Position numbers and translations under genes: made by a program
Notes under the pieces: generated by a model
What the model was told of the DNA's origin: nothing
Database searches by the model: none
What the model saw: only the letters and a program-made list of their open reading frames with translations
NCBI GenBank assembly: GCA_051532055.1
Contig: JAOPTX010000032.1
Location: 1 to 64,000 of the forward strand
DNA from: Fibrobacterales bacterium
GTDB lineage: Bacteria; Fibrobacterota; Fibrobacteria; Fibrobacterales; JAOPTW01
Length of the DNA stretch: 64,000 bases
Reading direction: 5' to 3'
In this document: in pieces, positions 9,511 to 18,739 of the stretch
Numbering within the stretch: the stretch's first letter is position 1
Layout: every line of letters begins with the position of its first letter

Positions 9511-10296
9511 ATGTTCATCATTCTAAAAAAATCATTCAAAGAGCTTCTTCTTCTCGTGGTACTACTGGGATCAGTTTGGTATCTTTTTTCACATGTTGAA
9601 CTCGGAACCCCTTCTCTTGATGATCTCGTGTCAATCGAGCTCGAAGAGAAGCTGGGAACTTTTATCATTGAAGACCTGTATAGCACAAACCCTGAATATC
9701 AAAAAATATCAATCCCTCCATTGGATTCAGTTGTAAATATCATATCAAATAGACTCTATCAGGGTATTGATTCTACAGATTACGATTACTCAATCTCTGT
9801 CGTGCAATCCTCAAACATTAATGCATTTGCCCTTCCTGGTGGCCGGATATTAATCACCACAGCCCTGATCTCATTTACCCGTTCTGCAGAAGAATTAGCT
9901 TCAGTTATCGCTCATGAAATAGGCCATGTAGAACATCGAGATGTTGTAGCTGCTCTACTGAAAGAATTAGGCATCGCTGTACTTCTTTCAGACAACATCG
10001 CTTCCATTACTAAGATCACTCTTGGCACAATGCATAGCAGGTCTCAAGAGAGCGCTGCTGATCAATTCAGTCTATCACTCCTCGACAAATCTCATCTTTC
10101 GGCCAAACATATGGCTCATTTTTTTACTCGGCTGAGAGAACAAGAATTCGAGCTCAGTGAACACCTTGCTCTTTTAACGACTCACCCCCATCTAAACAGC
10201 CGTATCAAAGCAGCTCAAGCATTCAACCAATCAGATATATTTACAGAGACCAGTTTTGATATTAATTGGAAAAAAGTACAATCTTTTATCCAATAA
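9511..10296 (+). CDS. M48 family zinc metallopeptidase
   Basis: NAFALPGG, HEIGH (HExxH), E..AD, THP; N-terminal TM. Confidence 0.9.
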   Translation: MFIILKKSFKELLLLVVLLGSVWYLFSHVELGTPSLDDLVSIELEEKLGTFIIEDLYSTNPEYQKISIPPLDSVVNIISNRLYQGIDSTDYDYSISVVQSSNINAFALPGGRILITTALISFTRSAEELASVIAHEIGHVEHRDVVAALLKELGIAVLLSDNIASITKITLGTMHSRSQESAADQFSLSLLDKSHLSAKHMAHFFTRLREQEFELSEHLALLTTHPHLNSRIKAAQAFNQSDIFTETSFDINWKKVQSFIQ

Positions 10297-10307
10297 CCTG
10301 GGCCTCT

Positions 10308-11258
10308 TTACCGCTCTTGTACCAAGAGTGTTTCACCTTCCCAATACCCCACACAATTCCTACCATTTTGCTTTGCAAAATACATGGCAGCATCGGCCCT
10401 CTCAAGAGATTTTGTTACTGGGCGACCAGCATAAAGCCCCGTCACTCCCAGTGATACGGTCAAAGGGATTTCCCCTTCTTTAAAAGAAAACACATGGTCT
10501 TCAATTACCTCTCTCAACCTTTGAGCAAAAGTGAGAGAATGGTGTTTTTTTTGATTTCGGGCAATGATCACAAATTCCTCACCACCAAATCGCCCGATTT
10601 GATCCGTCTCTCTACAAAAGCCCTTTAACAATTCAGCGAGTTCCTTTAAAAGCACATCACCTGCTAGGTGAGAGTGAGTGTCATTAATATTTTTGAAGTG
10701 ATCAATATCTAAAAAGAGCAATGACGATCGACTACCATCCCCCTGAACACGAGCATACTCTTTATCAAGGAACTGCTGTATCGCCTTCTTATTCAACAAC
10801 CCGGTGAGAGGGTCTAGGTTTGCTTCATTTTTTAATATGCGATTTTCTTCATCAAGCATATCAATAGTCAGCCGTGAGTATTCAACCATATTTTTTAAGG
10901 TAAGAAGACCCACAATAATTCCATTAGCCATCACAGGGAGTCTTTTAACATTTTCTATACTAAAGATTTCAATCGCTTCAAGGTAATTCGTTGACACATC
11001 AATGGTAATGAGTGGTTCAGCCATAAACTCTTTGGCTGTAATTCCAAGAACATCAAAAGGCCCCTGTTTAACCAAATCAGCAAAACTACGTTCTGTTATT
11101 ATGCCAACGGGCTTTTCACTATCCATAATAATGATACAACCCACCCGCTCTTCAGTCATTTTCTCAGCACACACTTGAGCAGAATCAGTAATATCAGCAG
11201 TAATAACATGCTCATGCATTATTTTTTCAATAGGTATATTAACGGTATCAGCAATCAT
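10308..11258 (-). CDS. CBS-pair plus GGDEF diguanylate cyclase
   Basis: Tandem CBS (VGIITERS, VKRLPV); DPLTGLLN, DIDHFK, RETD I-site, GGEEF. Confidence 0.92.
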   Translation of the reverse strand: MIADTVNIPIEKIMHEHVITADITDSAQVCAEKMTEERVGCIIIMDSEKPVGIITERSFADLVKQGPFDVLGITAKEFMAEPLITIDVSTNYLEAIEIFSIENVKRLPVMANGIIVGLLTLKNMVEYSRLTIDMLDEENRILKNEANLDPLTGLLNKKAIQQFLDKEYARVQGDGSRSSLLFLDIDHFKNINDTHSHLAGDVLLKELAELLKGFCRETDQIGRFGGEEFVIIARNQKKHHSLTFAQRLREVIEDHVFSFKEGEIPLTVSLGVTGLYAGRPVTKSLERADAAMYFAKQNGRNCVGYWEGETLLVQER

Positions 11259-11403
11259 ATACTACCTCTTTTATCCTCTTCTGTTGTAGAGTACTCCCCC
11301 CGGACTATCGTCATTAAAAGATATCTTCTTGTCACAAACAATTGCTATTTTTCATCTTACTGACCAAATTATTTCAATTCACCACACCACGTTAGGAAGC
11401 GCT

Positions 11404-11640
11404 ATGGCCATTGAACTGGGTGAACCTATCATCAATCAACTCTCCTATTTAATCGACACCTATATGAAAGACGAACTCGACATTGAACTCAGCGATTTTA
11501 AGCTTCAAATGTTTACGAAACACGTTGTCGAAAGTTTTGCCCCTACCATATATAATAGTGCTATTAAAGATGCGCATGCATATGTCGTAACCAAAGCCGC
11601 TGATATGGAGATGGACCTCTATGCCGAAGAGCGCCGTTAA
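11404..11640 (+). CDS. DUF2164 family protein
   Basis: MAIEL..Y..DEL..ELSDF..F.P.IYN.AI.DA pattern; SD AGGA. Confidence 0.7.
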   Translation: MAIELGEPIINQLSYLIDTYMKDELDIELSDFKLQMFTKHVVESFAPTIYNSAIKDAHAYVVTKAADMEMDLYAEERR

Positions 11641-12343
11641 AAATACTACACCTGCTAAAGAGAGCTCCCTCTACCCTGCAGTGAAAGCCTTTTTAGAGCA
11701 CCTTAATTACACCGTTAAAGGAGAGGTTATAGACTGCGATGTGATGGCAGTAAAAGGCCCCAAAAAAAATGCATCCATTGCCATCATTGAATTGAAACTC
11801 ATCTTCAATATGAAAATATTATATCAAGCTCTTGAACGCAAGGCCATTACCGATGCAGTCTATATAGCGCTCCCAGAGAACTGTAGTGCCTATAAAAAAG
11901 ATAGCGCTGCTGCAGAACAGCTATTATCTATGCTCGGTATAGGACTTCTTATTGTCACGCCCGGCCCCCGTGGTCAGGCTCTCCCCATCCTTGAACCAGC
12001 GCCTTATGCACCTCAAGCAGATGACACCACTTGCTCTAAACTATTAACTGAATTTTATGCACTTAATGGTGACCCCAATGTTGGCGGAAGCTCAACCCGT
12101 ACCAAAAAAATGACTGTCTACCGACAGCAGGCACTCTCTCTTGTTGCCTATCTTAAAAAACATGGGCCCACAAAAGCGAGTATCATCAGTACTGAACTTG
12201 AAATACCCAAAGCACGCGCTATTCTCTATGATAATCACTACGGCTGGTTTGAATCTGAAGGTAAAGGCATCTACAAAAACTCTAAAAAGGCTAATTTAGG
12301 CTATAAAGAATGGAGGAAGTACCTGATCCCCCCTGTTTTATGA
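11621..12343 (+). CDS. DUF2161 family putative PD-(D/E)xK phosphodiesterase
   Basis: KESSLYPAVK.FLE, VKGEV..CDV, IIELK, GDPNVGGS, MTVYRQQAL, DNHYGWF. Confidence 0.85.
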   Translation: MPKSAVKNTTPAKESSLYPAVKAFLEHLNYTVKGEVIDCDVMAVKGPKKNASIAIIELKLIFNMKILYQALERKAITDAVYIALPENCSAYKKDSAAAEQLLSMLGIGLLIVTPGPRGQALPILEPAPYAPQADDTTCSKLLTEFYALNGDPNVGGSSTRTKKMTVYRQQALSLVAYLKKHGPTKASIISTELEIPKARAILYDNHYGWFESEGKGIYKNSKKANLGYKEWRKYLIPPVL

Positions 12344-12395
12344 ACGTTTATGAAACAGAATACCACTAATTAGCCGCAACTTCATAGTAATATGA

Positions 12396-12424
12396 TTGCT
12401 CACCTTCTATTGGATACCTATATT
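12396..12424 (+). promoter_or_regulatory. Putative sigma70-type promoter with no nearby ORF downstream
   Basis: TTGCTC-N17-TATATT. Confidence 0.45.
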
Positions 12425-12428
12425 GTAG

Positions 12429-12597
12429 ATATCTGCTATAGGGGTGGATATTTAGAGTCTCTTATTTGTGTGTCCCAATTCAATTAATAAGACTCTAAAT
12501 AATAAATTCAGGTGATTTAGAGGGTATCTGTCCCCAGACACAATATCTCAAGCCCTCGAGAACATGATCTATCATGTCCCTCTACTTCACCTGAATT
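12429..12597. ncRNA. Candidate structured RNA of unknown family
   Basis: Three consecutive stems: ATATCTGCT/GGTGGATAT; ATTTAGAGTC..TTATT/AATAA..GACTCTAAAT; and a multibranch AATTCAGGTGA..TAGAGGG/CCCTCTA..TCACCTGAATT enclosing 3 hairpins. Confidence 0.4.
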
Positions 12598-12598
12598 C

Positions 12599-12707
12599 TT
12601 TAAAAGCTCAGAAATATACCTCCTACATCGTTAAAAAATCCTCACCGTACCAAAGTACGCCTTTGGACTTTTTGCCTCGTATGAGACACATTTCTGAGCT
12701 TTTTAAA
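12599..12707. repeat. Nested palindromic element (REP/MITE-like)
   Basis: Terminal IR TTTAAAAGCTCAGAAAT / ATTTCTGAGCTTTTTAAA; inner AAAAAATCC/GGACTTTTT and CGTAC-CAAA-GTACG. Confidence 0.65.
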
Positions 12708-12945
12708 TATTCAATTTGAACCATAATTAAGCTACTGGCGGTAATTTTGACCGTTTTCGGACACAATTTTTCCTTCAAATATTTTTTCTAAGACTCACCA
12801 CTTTATAACAATCATATCGTAAAAAATCCTCACCGTACCAAAGTACGCCTTTGGACTTTTTGCCTCGTATGTGACACATTTCTGAGCTTTTAAATATTCA
12901 ATTTGAACTATAATTAAGCTACTGGCGGTAATTTTGACCGTTTTC
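12627..12945 (+). repeat. ~130-bp direct repeat, two copies (12627-12758 and 12816-12945)
   Basis: Copies differ at 4 positions (2 substitutions, 2 single-base indels); 57-bp spacer. Confidence 0.95.
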
Positions 12946-13089
12946 AGTAGGTGGCATTCGGTTTTAGGCACTTCATTTTCGGTTTTCACTTTATACTTTC
13001 ACATTTCCATTCGAGACTTCAAGCTTCAGACTTTAGACTTCCTTAAAAAATGCTATATTTGTCCACTAATCAAGACCTCAGGAGAGATT

Positions 13090-14115
13090 ATGAATTACGC
13101 TGATGCTGGTGTATCACTCGAACGTGCCGATAAAGCGATGGCAGGAATAAAAAGCCATGTAAAATCGACATTCAATAAAAATGTTTTAGGCGATATCGGA
13201 AATTTCGGTGGCCTCTTTGCCCTCGATAATCTCGGAATGAAAGACCCTATTTTGGTCTCTTCTGTAGATGGTGTTGGCACAAAATTAAAAATCGATTTTG
13301 ACATGGGAACGCATGAGCTTCCTGGTCAAGACATTGTTAACCACTGTGTAGATGATATCCTTGTACAAGGCGCAAAACCACTTTTCTTTCTTGACTATGT
13401 CGGTACAGGCCGTCTTCAAGATGGTGTAATGGAAGGCCTTGTAAGCGGTATGGCAAAAGCCTGTCGTGAAAATGGCACCGTTCTTATTGGTGGTGAAACT
13501 GCAGAGATGCCTGGATTTTACCAAGATGGTGAATATGATATTTCGGGAACTATTGTCGGTGTTGTAGATCGTGATGAACTTATTGACGGATCGACTATTA
13601 AAGCAGGGACTGTTGTTCTTGGACTTGCCTCAAGTGGCCTCCATACTAATGGCTATTCACTTGCACGCAAAGCGCTTCTTGAAGTTGGTGGATTTAAACT
13701 TGAAGACACCCCTGAAGGCTTTGATAAAAACCTTGGTCTTACACTTGCTGAACCTCACCGTTCATACCTCAACTCTATTTACCCATTGGTAAAAGAGAAA
13801 AAACTTCAAGGTCTCGTTCACGTAACCGGTTCAGGATTCCAAGGAAATATTCCTCGTGTACTCCCTGAAGGTGTTGATGTAATTATTGACCGTACTGCTT
13901 GGGAAGTACCTCCGGTATTTAAACTCATCCAAAAAACAGGCGATGTTGAAAAAGACGAAATGTACAATACCTTTAATATGGGTGTTGGCCTTCTCGCATT
14001 TGTTGAAGCATCTGATGTAGAGTACATCAAAACTAAACTCGAAGCTGCTGGTGAAAAAGTATGCGTTTGTGGTGAAGTTGTTGCAGGCAATAAATCAGTA
14101 TCATTTAAAGACTAA
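13090..14115 (+). CDS. purM: Phosphoribosylformylglycinamidine cyclo-ligase
   Basis: YADAGV, VDGVGTK, GGETAEMPG, SSGLHTNGYS, HVTG, TFNMGVG; SD GGAG before ATG 13090. Confidence 0.97.
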   Translation: MNYADAGVSLERADKAMAGIKSHVKSTFNKNVLGDIGNFGGLFALDNLGMKDPILVSSVDGVGTKLKIDFDMGTHELPGQDIVNHCVDDILVQGAKPLFFLDYVGTGRLQDGVMEGLVSGMAKACRENGTVLIGGETAEMPGFYQDGEYDISGTIVGVVDRDELIDGSTIKAGTVVLGLASSGLHTNGYSLARKALLEVGGFKLEDTPEGFDKNLGLTLAEPHRSYLNSIYPLVKEKKLQGLVHVTGSGFQGNIPRVLPEGVDVIIDRTAWEVPPVFKLIQKTGDVEKDEMYNTFNMGVGLLAFVEASDVEYIKTKLEAAGEKVCVCGEVVAGNKSVSFKD

Positions 14116-14127
14116 GAATTGATCTAT

Positions 14128-14159
14128 TTCACCAAGCTTTTTCTCGTGAGCTTGGTGAA
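14128..14159. other. Intercistronic hairpin between purM and cysS
   Basis: TTCACCAAGCT..AGCTTGGTGAA, no U-tract. Confidence 0.6.
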
Positions 14160-14182
14160 TATATACTCCGCAGGAAGACACT

Positions 14183-15589
14183 ATGGCTATGTACCTTTAT
14201 AATACCGCAAGCAGGAAAAAAGAACTCTTTGAGCCACTCGATGGTGCCACAGCAAAGATTTACTGTTGCGGTCCTACGGTATACCACTATGCCCACATTG
14301 GTAACCTGCGTACTTTTATTTTTGAAGACCTTCTTAAACGTTCACTACAGTATCATGATATTGCCGTGAACCATGTCGTAAACATCACTGATGTCGGTCA
14401 CCTCACTTCTGATTCTGATCATGGTGAAGACAAAATGGAAAAGGGCGCCAAGCGCACTGGGAAATCAGTGTGGGAAATTGCCCAATACTATACTGATCGT
14501 TTTATGGAAGACTGTGAACATCTCAATATTATCGCTCCCAACACCTGGTGTAAAGCGACTGATCATATTGCAGAACAGATTAAACTTACTCAAGTACTTC
14601 AAGAAAAAGGATTTACTTATCAGATAGATGATGGTATCTACTTTGACTCTCAAAAATTTGAACGCTATGCTGACTTTGGCAAAATTGATATTGATGGCCT
14701 ACAAGAAGGTTCTCGTATTGATGTTGGTGGAAAAAAATTCAGAACTGATTTTGCCCTTTGGAAATTTTCCCCCCAAGATACTCAGCGAGCAATGGAGTGG
14801 GAATCCCCATGGGGAACGGGCTTTCCTGGCTGGCACTTAGAGTGTTCTGCTATGGCAATGCACTATCTCGGTGAAACACTCGACATCCATTGTGGTGGTT
14901 CAGACCTTGTAAAAGTACACCACACCAATGAGATCGCTCAATCAGAGTGTGCAACTGGTAAAACATTTTCGCGCTTTTGGATGCATGGTGAATTTCTTAA
15001 AATGGGTAACGACAAAAAAATGTCGAAGTCAGACGATGAGTTTTTAAAACTCAGTCTTCTCATTGAAAAAGGCTACTCACCACTTGCCTACCGCTATATG
15101 GCACTCACCTCTCACTACCGCAACTTCCTTACCTTTTCATGGGAAGGACTCGAGGCTGCCAATAACGCCTTAAAATCACTCCGAAAAAAGATTGCGAGCT
15201 TTATCGCTGCACCATCTCCTATTGAATCTGCTCCTGCTCTTAAATGGCAAAAAGATTTTGCAGATGCAATTGCCGATGATATCAATGTCCCCAAAGGGCT
15301 TGGTATACTCAATTCCATGCTCAAAGATAATAATCTTGCTCATGCAGAAAAAGCGGCACTCATTCTCGACTTTGACGCAGTTCTCGGTCTTGACCTTCAT
15401 TTAGTTGAAGAAGAGATTGTTGATACTGACGGTGTTGATGTTACTGGAATTGAAGCCCTTATTGCTGAACGCGCTTTAGCTAAAGCAGAGAAAAACTGGA
15501 GTCGCTGTGATGAAATTCGTGATGAACTTCTTGCACAGGGCATTACACTCAAAGACTCTAAAGAGGGTACTACCTGGGAAAAACAATAA
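14183..15589 (+). CDS. cysS: Cysteinyl-tRNA synthetase
   Basis: CGPTVY, HIGN, DFALWK, PGWHLECS, KMSKS. Confidence 0.97.
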   Translation: MAMYLYNTASRKKELFEPLDGATAKIYCCGPTVYHYAHIGNLRTFIFEDLLKRSLQYHDIAVNHVVNITDVGHLTSDSDHGEDKMEKGAKRTGKSVWEIAQYYTDRFMEDCEHLNIIAPNTWCKATDHIAEQIKLTQVLQEKGFTYQIDDGIYFDSQKFERYADFGKIDIDGLQEGSRIDVGGKKFRTDFALWKFSPQDTQRAMEWESPWGTGFPGWHLECSAMAMHYLGETLDIHCGGSDLVKVHHTNEIAQSECATGKTFSRFWMHGEFLKMGNDKKMSKSDDEFLKLSLLIEKGYSPLAYRYMALTSHYRNFLTFSWEGLEAANNALKSLRKKIASFIAAPSPIESAPALKWQKDFADAIADDINVPKGLGILNSMLKDNNLAHAEKAALILDFDAVLGLDLHLVEEEIVDTDGVDVTGIEALIAERALAKAEKNWSRCDEIRDELLAQGITLKDSKEGTTWEKQ

Positions 15590-15615
15590 CCCAGGCGTCC
15601 ATATGAACACCTGGT

Positions 15616-16899
15616 TTAAACTTGAAATTCCATTGTAAAACAAACCCCTCTGCTCTCATTATTTTTTACCGAAATAGAACCGCCCATCTCAGTCATATAG
15701 TTTGCGCAAGAGTGAAGCCCAAATCCATGGCCATTATCTTTGGTAGTAAAGCCATGGCTGAATATTTTACCCAACAAATCTTCTCTGATTTTTCTGCCAT
15801 TATTACTTACTGAAATTGAGAGATGCTGAGCATCTCCACCAACTGTGATAACTATAACTCGGTCTCCAAATGGGTTAAACATCAACTCTTCTTTAGCATT
15901 TTTTAAGAGATTAACCAGTATATGCTGTACCTTAGATTTTTGTGCAACAAAAGTTTTATGTGAATGATAATCTTGAATCACCTGAATTGAATACTGTTGA
16001 AGAGAGCCACCAATCATCTCAATGGTATCACTCACTACCGTTCTAGGGTCTATCTCTTGATTCTCTACTGGCGCTGTTGCGAACTCCTGCTGAGAACGAA
16101 TGACATCTCGTATCGCAGTTATTTTATCGAGCATTCTTCCAAGATGATAGTCCATAGAATCTCGTTCATTACCACACTCATCAGAGAGCGCAATGAAATA
16201 CTTCAAAAGGGTTTCACCTTTAGGATTATTAACCACAAAGTCCATTAAATTATCTTCATGCTCTCTCAAAAGGTTCGATGCGTCGATGAGCTTCTGTGCT
16301 GTACTACCTTCATGAATATCATTCATACTTTCATAAGAAAATATTAACGTATTAAGTAAGTTACCAACATTATGGAGTACCGACGTTGCAACCTCAGCTT
16401 TGCCTGCGGCATGTGCGTTTTCTATCAAGATATTTTGGCTTTCTATAAGTTGCTGTTCTGCCTTTTTACGGCTATCAATATCGTGAACCCAAAAGAGCAG
16501 CGACTCTTTACCTTTAAATAGGATCAACTTCCAAGTGAGCAAGCTCCAAAACTCCTCTCCATCATCACGTTTTAGAAGCATTTCATAGTCTACGACCTCG
16601 CCCTCTTCAGAAAATTTTTCCCAAAGGCTATACCGTTGTTCAGGATAAGCCCAGAAATCTATCGCAGACCGTCCCACAAGTGAGGCCCTATGGAGCTCTT
16701 CTAATGTATCATTTGCATAATGAATTGAGCCCGTTTCAAAATCAGATATCCCAATACCAATAGGACTACTATTGAGAATATCTATAAACATCTGTGTTTC
16801 TGTACTGAGCTCTGGAGGCGAAACAGCTTCTATATTCTGACCACCCAATGACGAAAATAAATCTTTCATAGCACCTGGTTTACGCAAATAAGGAAGCAC
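15616..16899 (-). CDS. Cytoplasmic PAS sensor histidine kinase
   Basis: PAS/PAC region; H-box LHNVGN; NLLKNA; GHGFGLH. Confidence 0.9.
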   Translation of the reverse strand: MLPYLRKPGAMKDLFSSLGGQNIEAVSPPELSTETQMFIDILNSSPIGIGISDFETGSIHYANDTLEELHRASLVGRSAIDFWAYPEQRYSLWEKFSEEGEVVDYEMLLKRDDGEEFWSLLTWKLILFKGKESLLFWVHDIDSRKKAEQQLIESQNILIENAHAAGKAEVATSVLHNVGNLLNTLIFSYESMNDIHEGSTAQKLIDASNLLREHEDNLMDFVVNNPKGETLLKYFIALSDECGNERDSMDYHLGRMLDKITAIRDVIRSQQEFATAPVENQEIDPRTVVSDTIEMIGGSLQQYSIQVIQDYHSHKTFVAQKSKVQHILVNLLKNAKEELMFNPFGDRVIVITVGGDAQHLSISVSNNGRKIREDLLGKIFSHGFTTKDNGHGFGLHSCANYMTEMGGSISVKNNESRGVCFTMEFQV

Positions 16900-17226
16900 T
16901 ATCCGAACCCTTCCCTACCATTTTTGATCCATCTAATATACTTTCATATTGAGTACGAGTGACACTTTTTTGCCTTTTTTGTAGGGTTTCATGGTTGATA
17001 AATTATGAGCAGAACCCCCTTTTTCACCATTTTATAGGAGATTTTTTTATCATTTGCTCATAGAGGGCTCTTTTTTTAATAAAAGAACCCTCTATTTTGA
17101 ACATATAGTATATTCTCTCTTTGTGGTATCAAAATGCCATTTTTAGCTGAAATATACCCATACGAACGAAAAGCCGAAAACTCATAAGAGTATTTGGACA
17201 GAGAAACCTTTTATCGGATAGAGAAC

Positions 17227-17823
17227 ATGACCTATTTTACCAACGGTTGCGAAAAAGAAGACGAAAAGAAAGAAGAGAAAAAAGATAACATCGCGATGAA
17301 ACAAGAAGAGTTTTTTCATGACAATCGAACTCTCTTTTTATGGGGCGGTGTTGATGACGACAGCGCTTCAAAGCTTATTAAAGCGATGCTCTATCTCGAC
17401 AGTGTCTCTCAAGACGATATTACCCTTTTGATCAATAGCCCTGGTGGCGTGATCTCTTCGGGTCTTGCAATCTATGACTGCATGCACTCTATTAAATCAG
17501 ATGTACGTACCGTTGTATGTGGCCAAGCAGCTAGTATGGGTGCAGTACTTCTTTGTGCTGGTGCACCAGGCAAACGTTTTGCATGGAATCACGCACGCGT
17601 AATGATTCACCAACCACTTATTCAAGGGCACATGCAGGGACCTGCATCAGACATTGAAATTCAAGCAGACGAAATGCTCAGAATTCGTGAAACCCTCAAT
17701 GGGATACTTGCAAAACACTCTGGTCAAGATGTTGAAACTATCGAAAAAGATACTGACAGAGACAACTTCATGGACCCGCAACAGGCAATTGACTACGGCC
17801 TTGTTGACGCTATTGAGTCGTAA
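17227..17823 (+). CDS. clpP: ATP-dependent Clp protease proteolytic subunit (alternative TTG start 17194)
   Basis: INSPGG, GQAASMGA, MIHQP, DTDRDNFM. Confidence 0.95.
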   Translation: MTYFTNGCEKEDEKKEEKKDNIAMKQEEFFHDNRTLFLWGGVDDDSASKLIKAMLYLDSVSQDDITLLINSPGGVISSGLAIYDCMHSIKSDVRTVVCGQAASMGAVLLCAGAPGKRFAWNHARVMIHQPLIQGHMQGPASDIEIQADEMLRIRETLNGILAKHSGQDVETIEKDTDRDNFMDPQQAIDYGLVDAIES

Positions 17824-17847
17824 GAGTATCCCTCCAAAAGAGATGTA

Positions 17848-18717
17848 ATGGAAGCGGTTAAAGAGCGGTATCAACAGCAGATAGACAATCTGGATCAGGT
17901 ATCCTCACTCCCCACAATTATTTCAAAAGTCCTCAAAGTAGTAAATCATCCACGATCTGCTGCAGAGGACGTTGCTTGGTACATTGAGAAAGATATAGGC
18001 CTTGCGAGTAAAGTACTCAAAATGGCCAACTCATCTTACTATGGCATTCCTAAAACAATTGGCAGTGTTCATTCTGCAGTAGTAATTCTTGGGTTTAATA
18101 CACTCAAATCTATAGTTCTCTCTACTTCGGTAAAAAAACTCTTTCCCGATGAGTCAAAAGTTCCTCACTTCAATTTGAAGAAGTTTTGGAAACACTCCCT
18201 TGAAGTCGCAATGATAAGTAAATACTTGGCAAAGGTTTCAAGCAGTAGCCTCGACGACGAAATCGCCTTTAGCTCTGGACTGCTCCACGAGGTAGGTCTT
18301 TTGGTTGTTGATCAATTTTCACCGGAAGCTTTTGTAGAAGTGATTGATATGGTGCAAAAAGAGAGCTGTACCCTCGTCACAGCTGAAGAACGAATTATGG
18401 GAATTACGCACCTTACCATTAATAAAATGCTTTTTGAAAAATGGGGGCTTCCTGAGGCCCTCTCAGCACCTATTCACAATCACATGGCTCTTAATGAGTC
18501 AATAGAGCACCGTACGGCATCGTATATTCTCCATCTAGCAAACCACATTTCATATCTACGCGGATCGTTTTGTATAGAGAAGGAACCCGTTCCTCCTCTC
18601 AACGAAGAAACTTTTGAAGTCCTCGGAATTGATCAAACTATGGATGGGTTGATGGGCGATATCGCCACAGAACTTGAAAATTTTTCTGAAGTATTTTCCC
18701 TCATTTACTCAGGATAA
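17848..18717 (+). CDS. HDOD domain protein
   Basis: LP.I...L, D.GLASKVLKMANSSYYG, FWKHS, GLLHEVG, KWGLP. Confidence 0.9.
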   Translation: MEAVKERYQQQIDNLDQVSSLPTIISKVLKVVNHPRSAAEDVAWYIEKDIGLASKVLKMANSSYYGIPKTIGSVHSAVVILGFNTLKSIVLSTSVKKLFPDESKVPHFNLKKFWKHSLEVAMISKYLAKVSSSSLDDEIAFSSGLLHEVGLLVVDQFSPEAFVEVIDMVQKESCTLVTAEERIMGITHLTINKMLFEKWGLPEALSAPIHNHMALNESIEHRTASYILHLANHISYLRGSFCIEKEPVPPLNEETFEVLGIDQTMDGLMGDIATELENFSEVFSLIYSG

Positions 18718-18739
18718 AAGTAAGACATAAGGAACACCC

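Noticed and set aside
11621..12343. DUF2161 nuclease-fold gene as a defence system
   Set aside because: Widespread solitary family; no defence partners adjacent
12505..12597. Cloverleaf as a tRNA
   Set aside because: Closing stem far too long; no TTC(G)A T-loop, D-loop GG or CCA end
12627..12945. Direct repeat as a CRISPR array or tandem riboswitch (c-di-GMP, purine, ZMP) before purM
   Set aside because: Only two 130-bp copies and no cas genes. I found no recognisable riboswitch consensus on either strand, and purM has its own promoter-like motif downstream.
12934..13089. N-terminal extension of PurM in the ORF track
   Set aside because: Runs through repeat and promoter DNA; SD and family start fit ATG 13090
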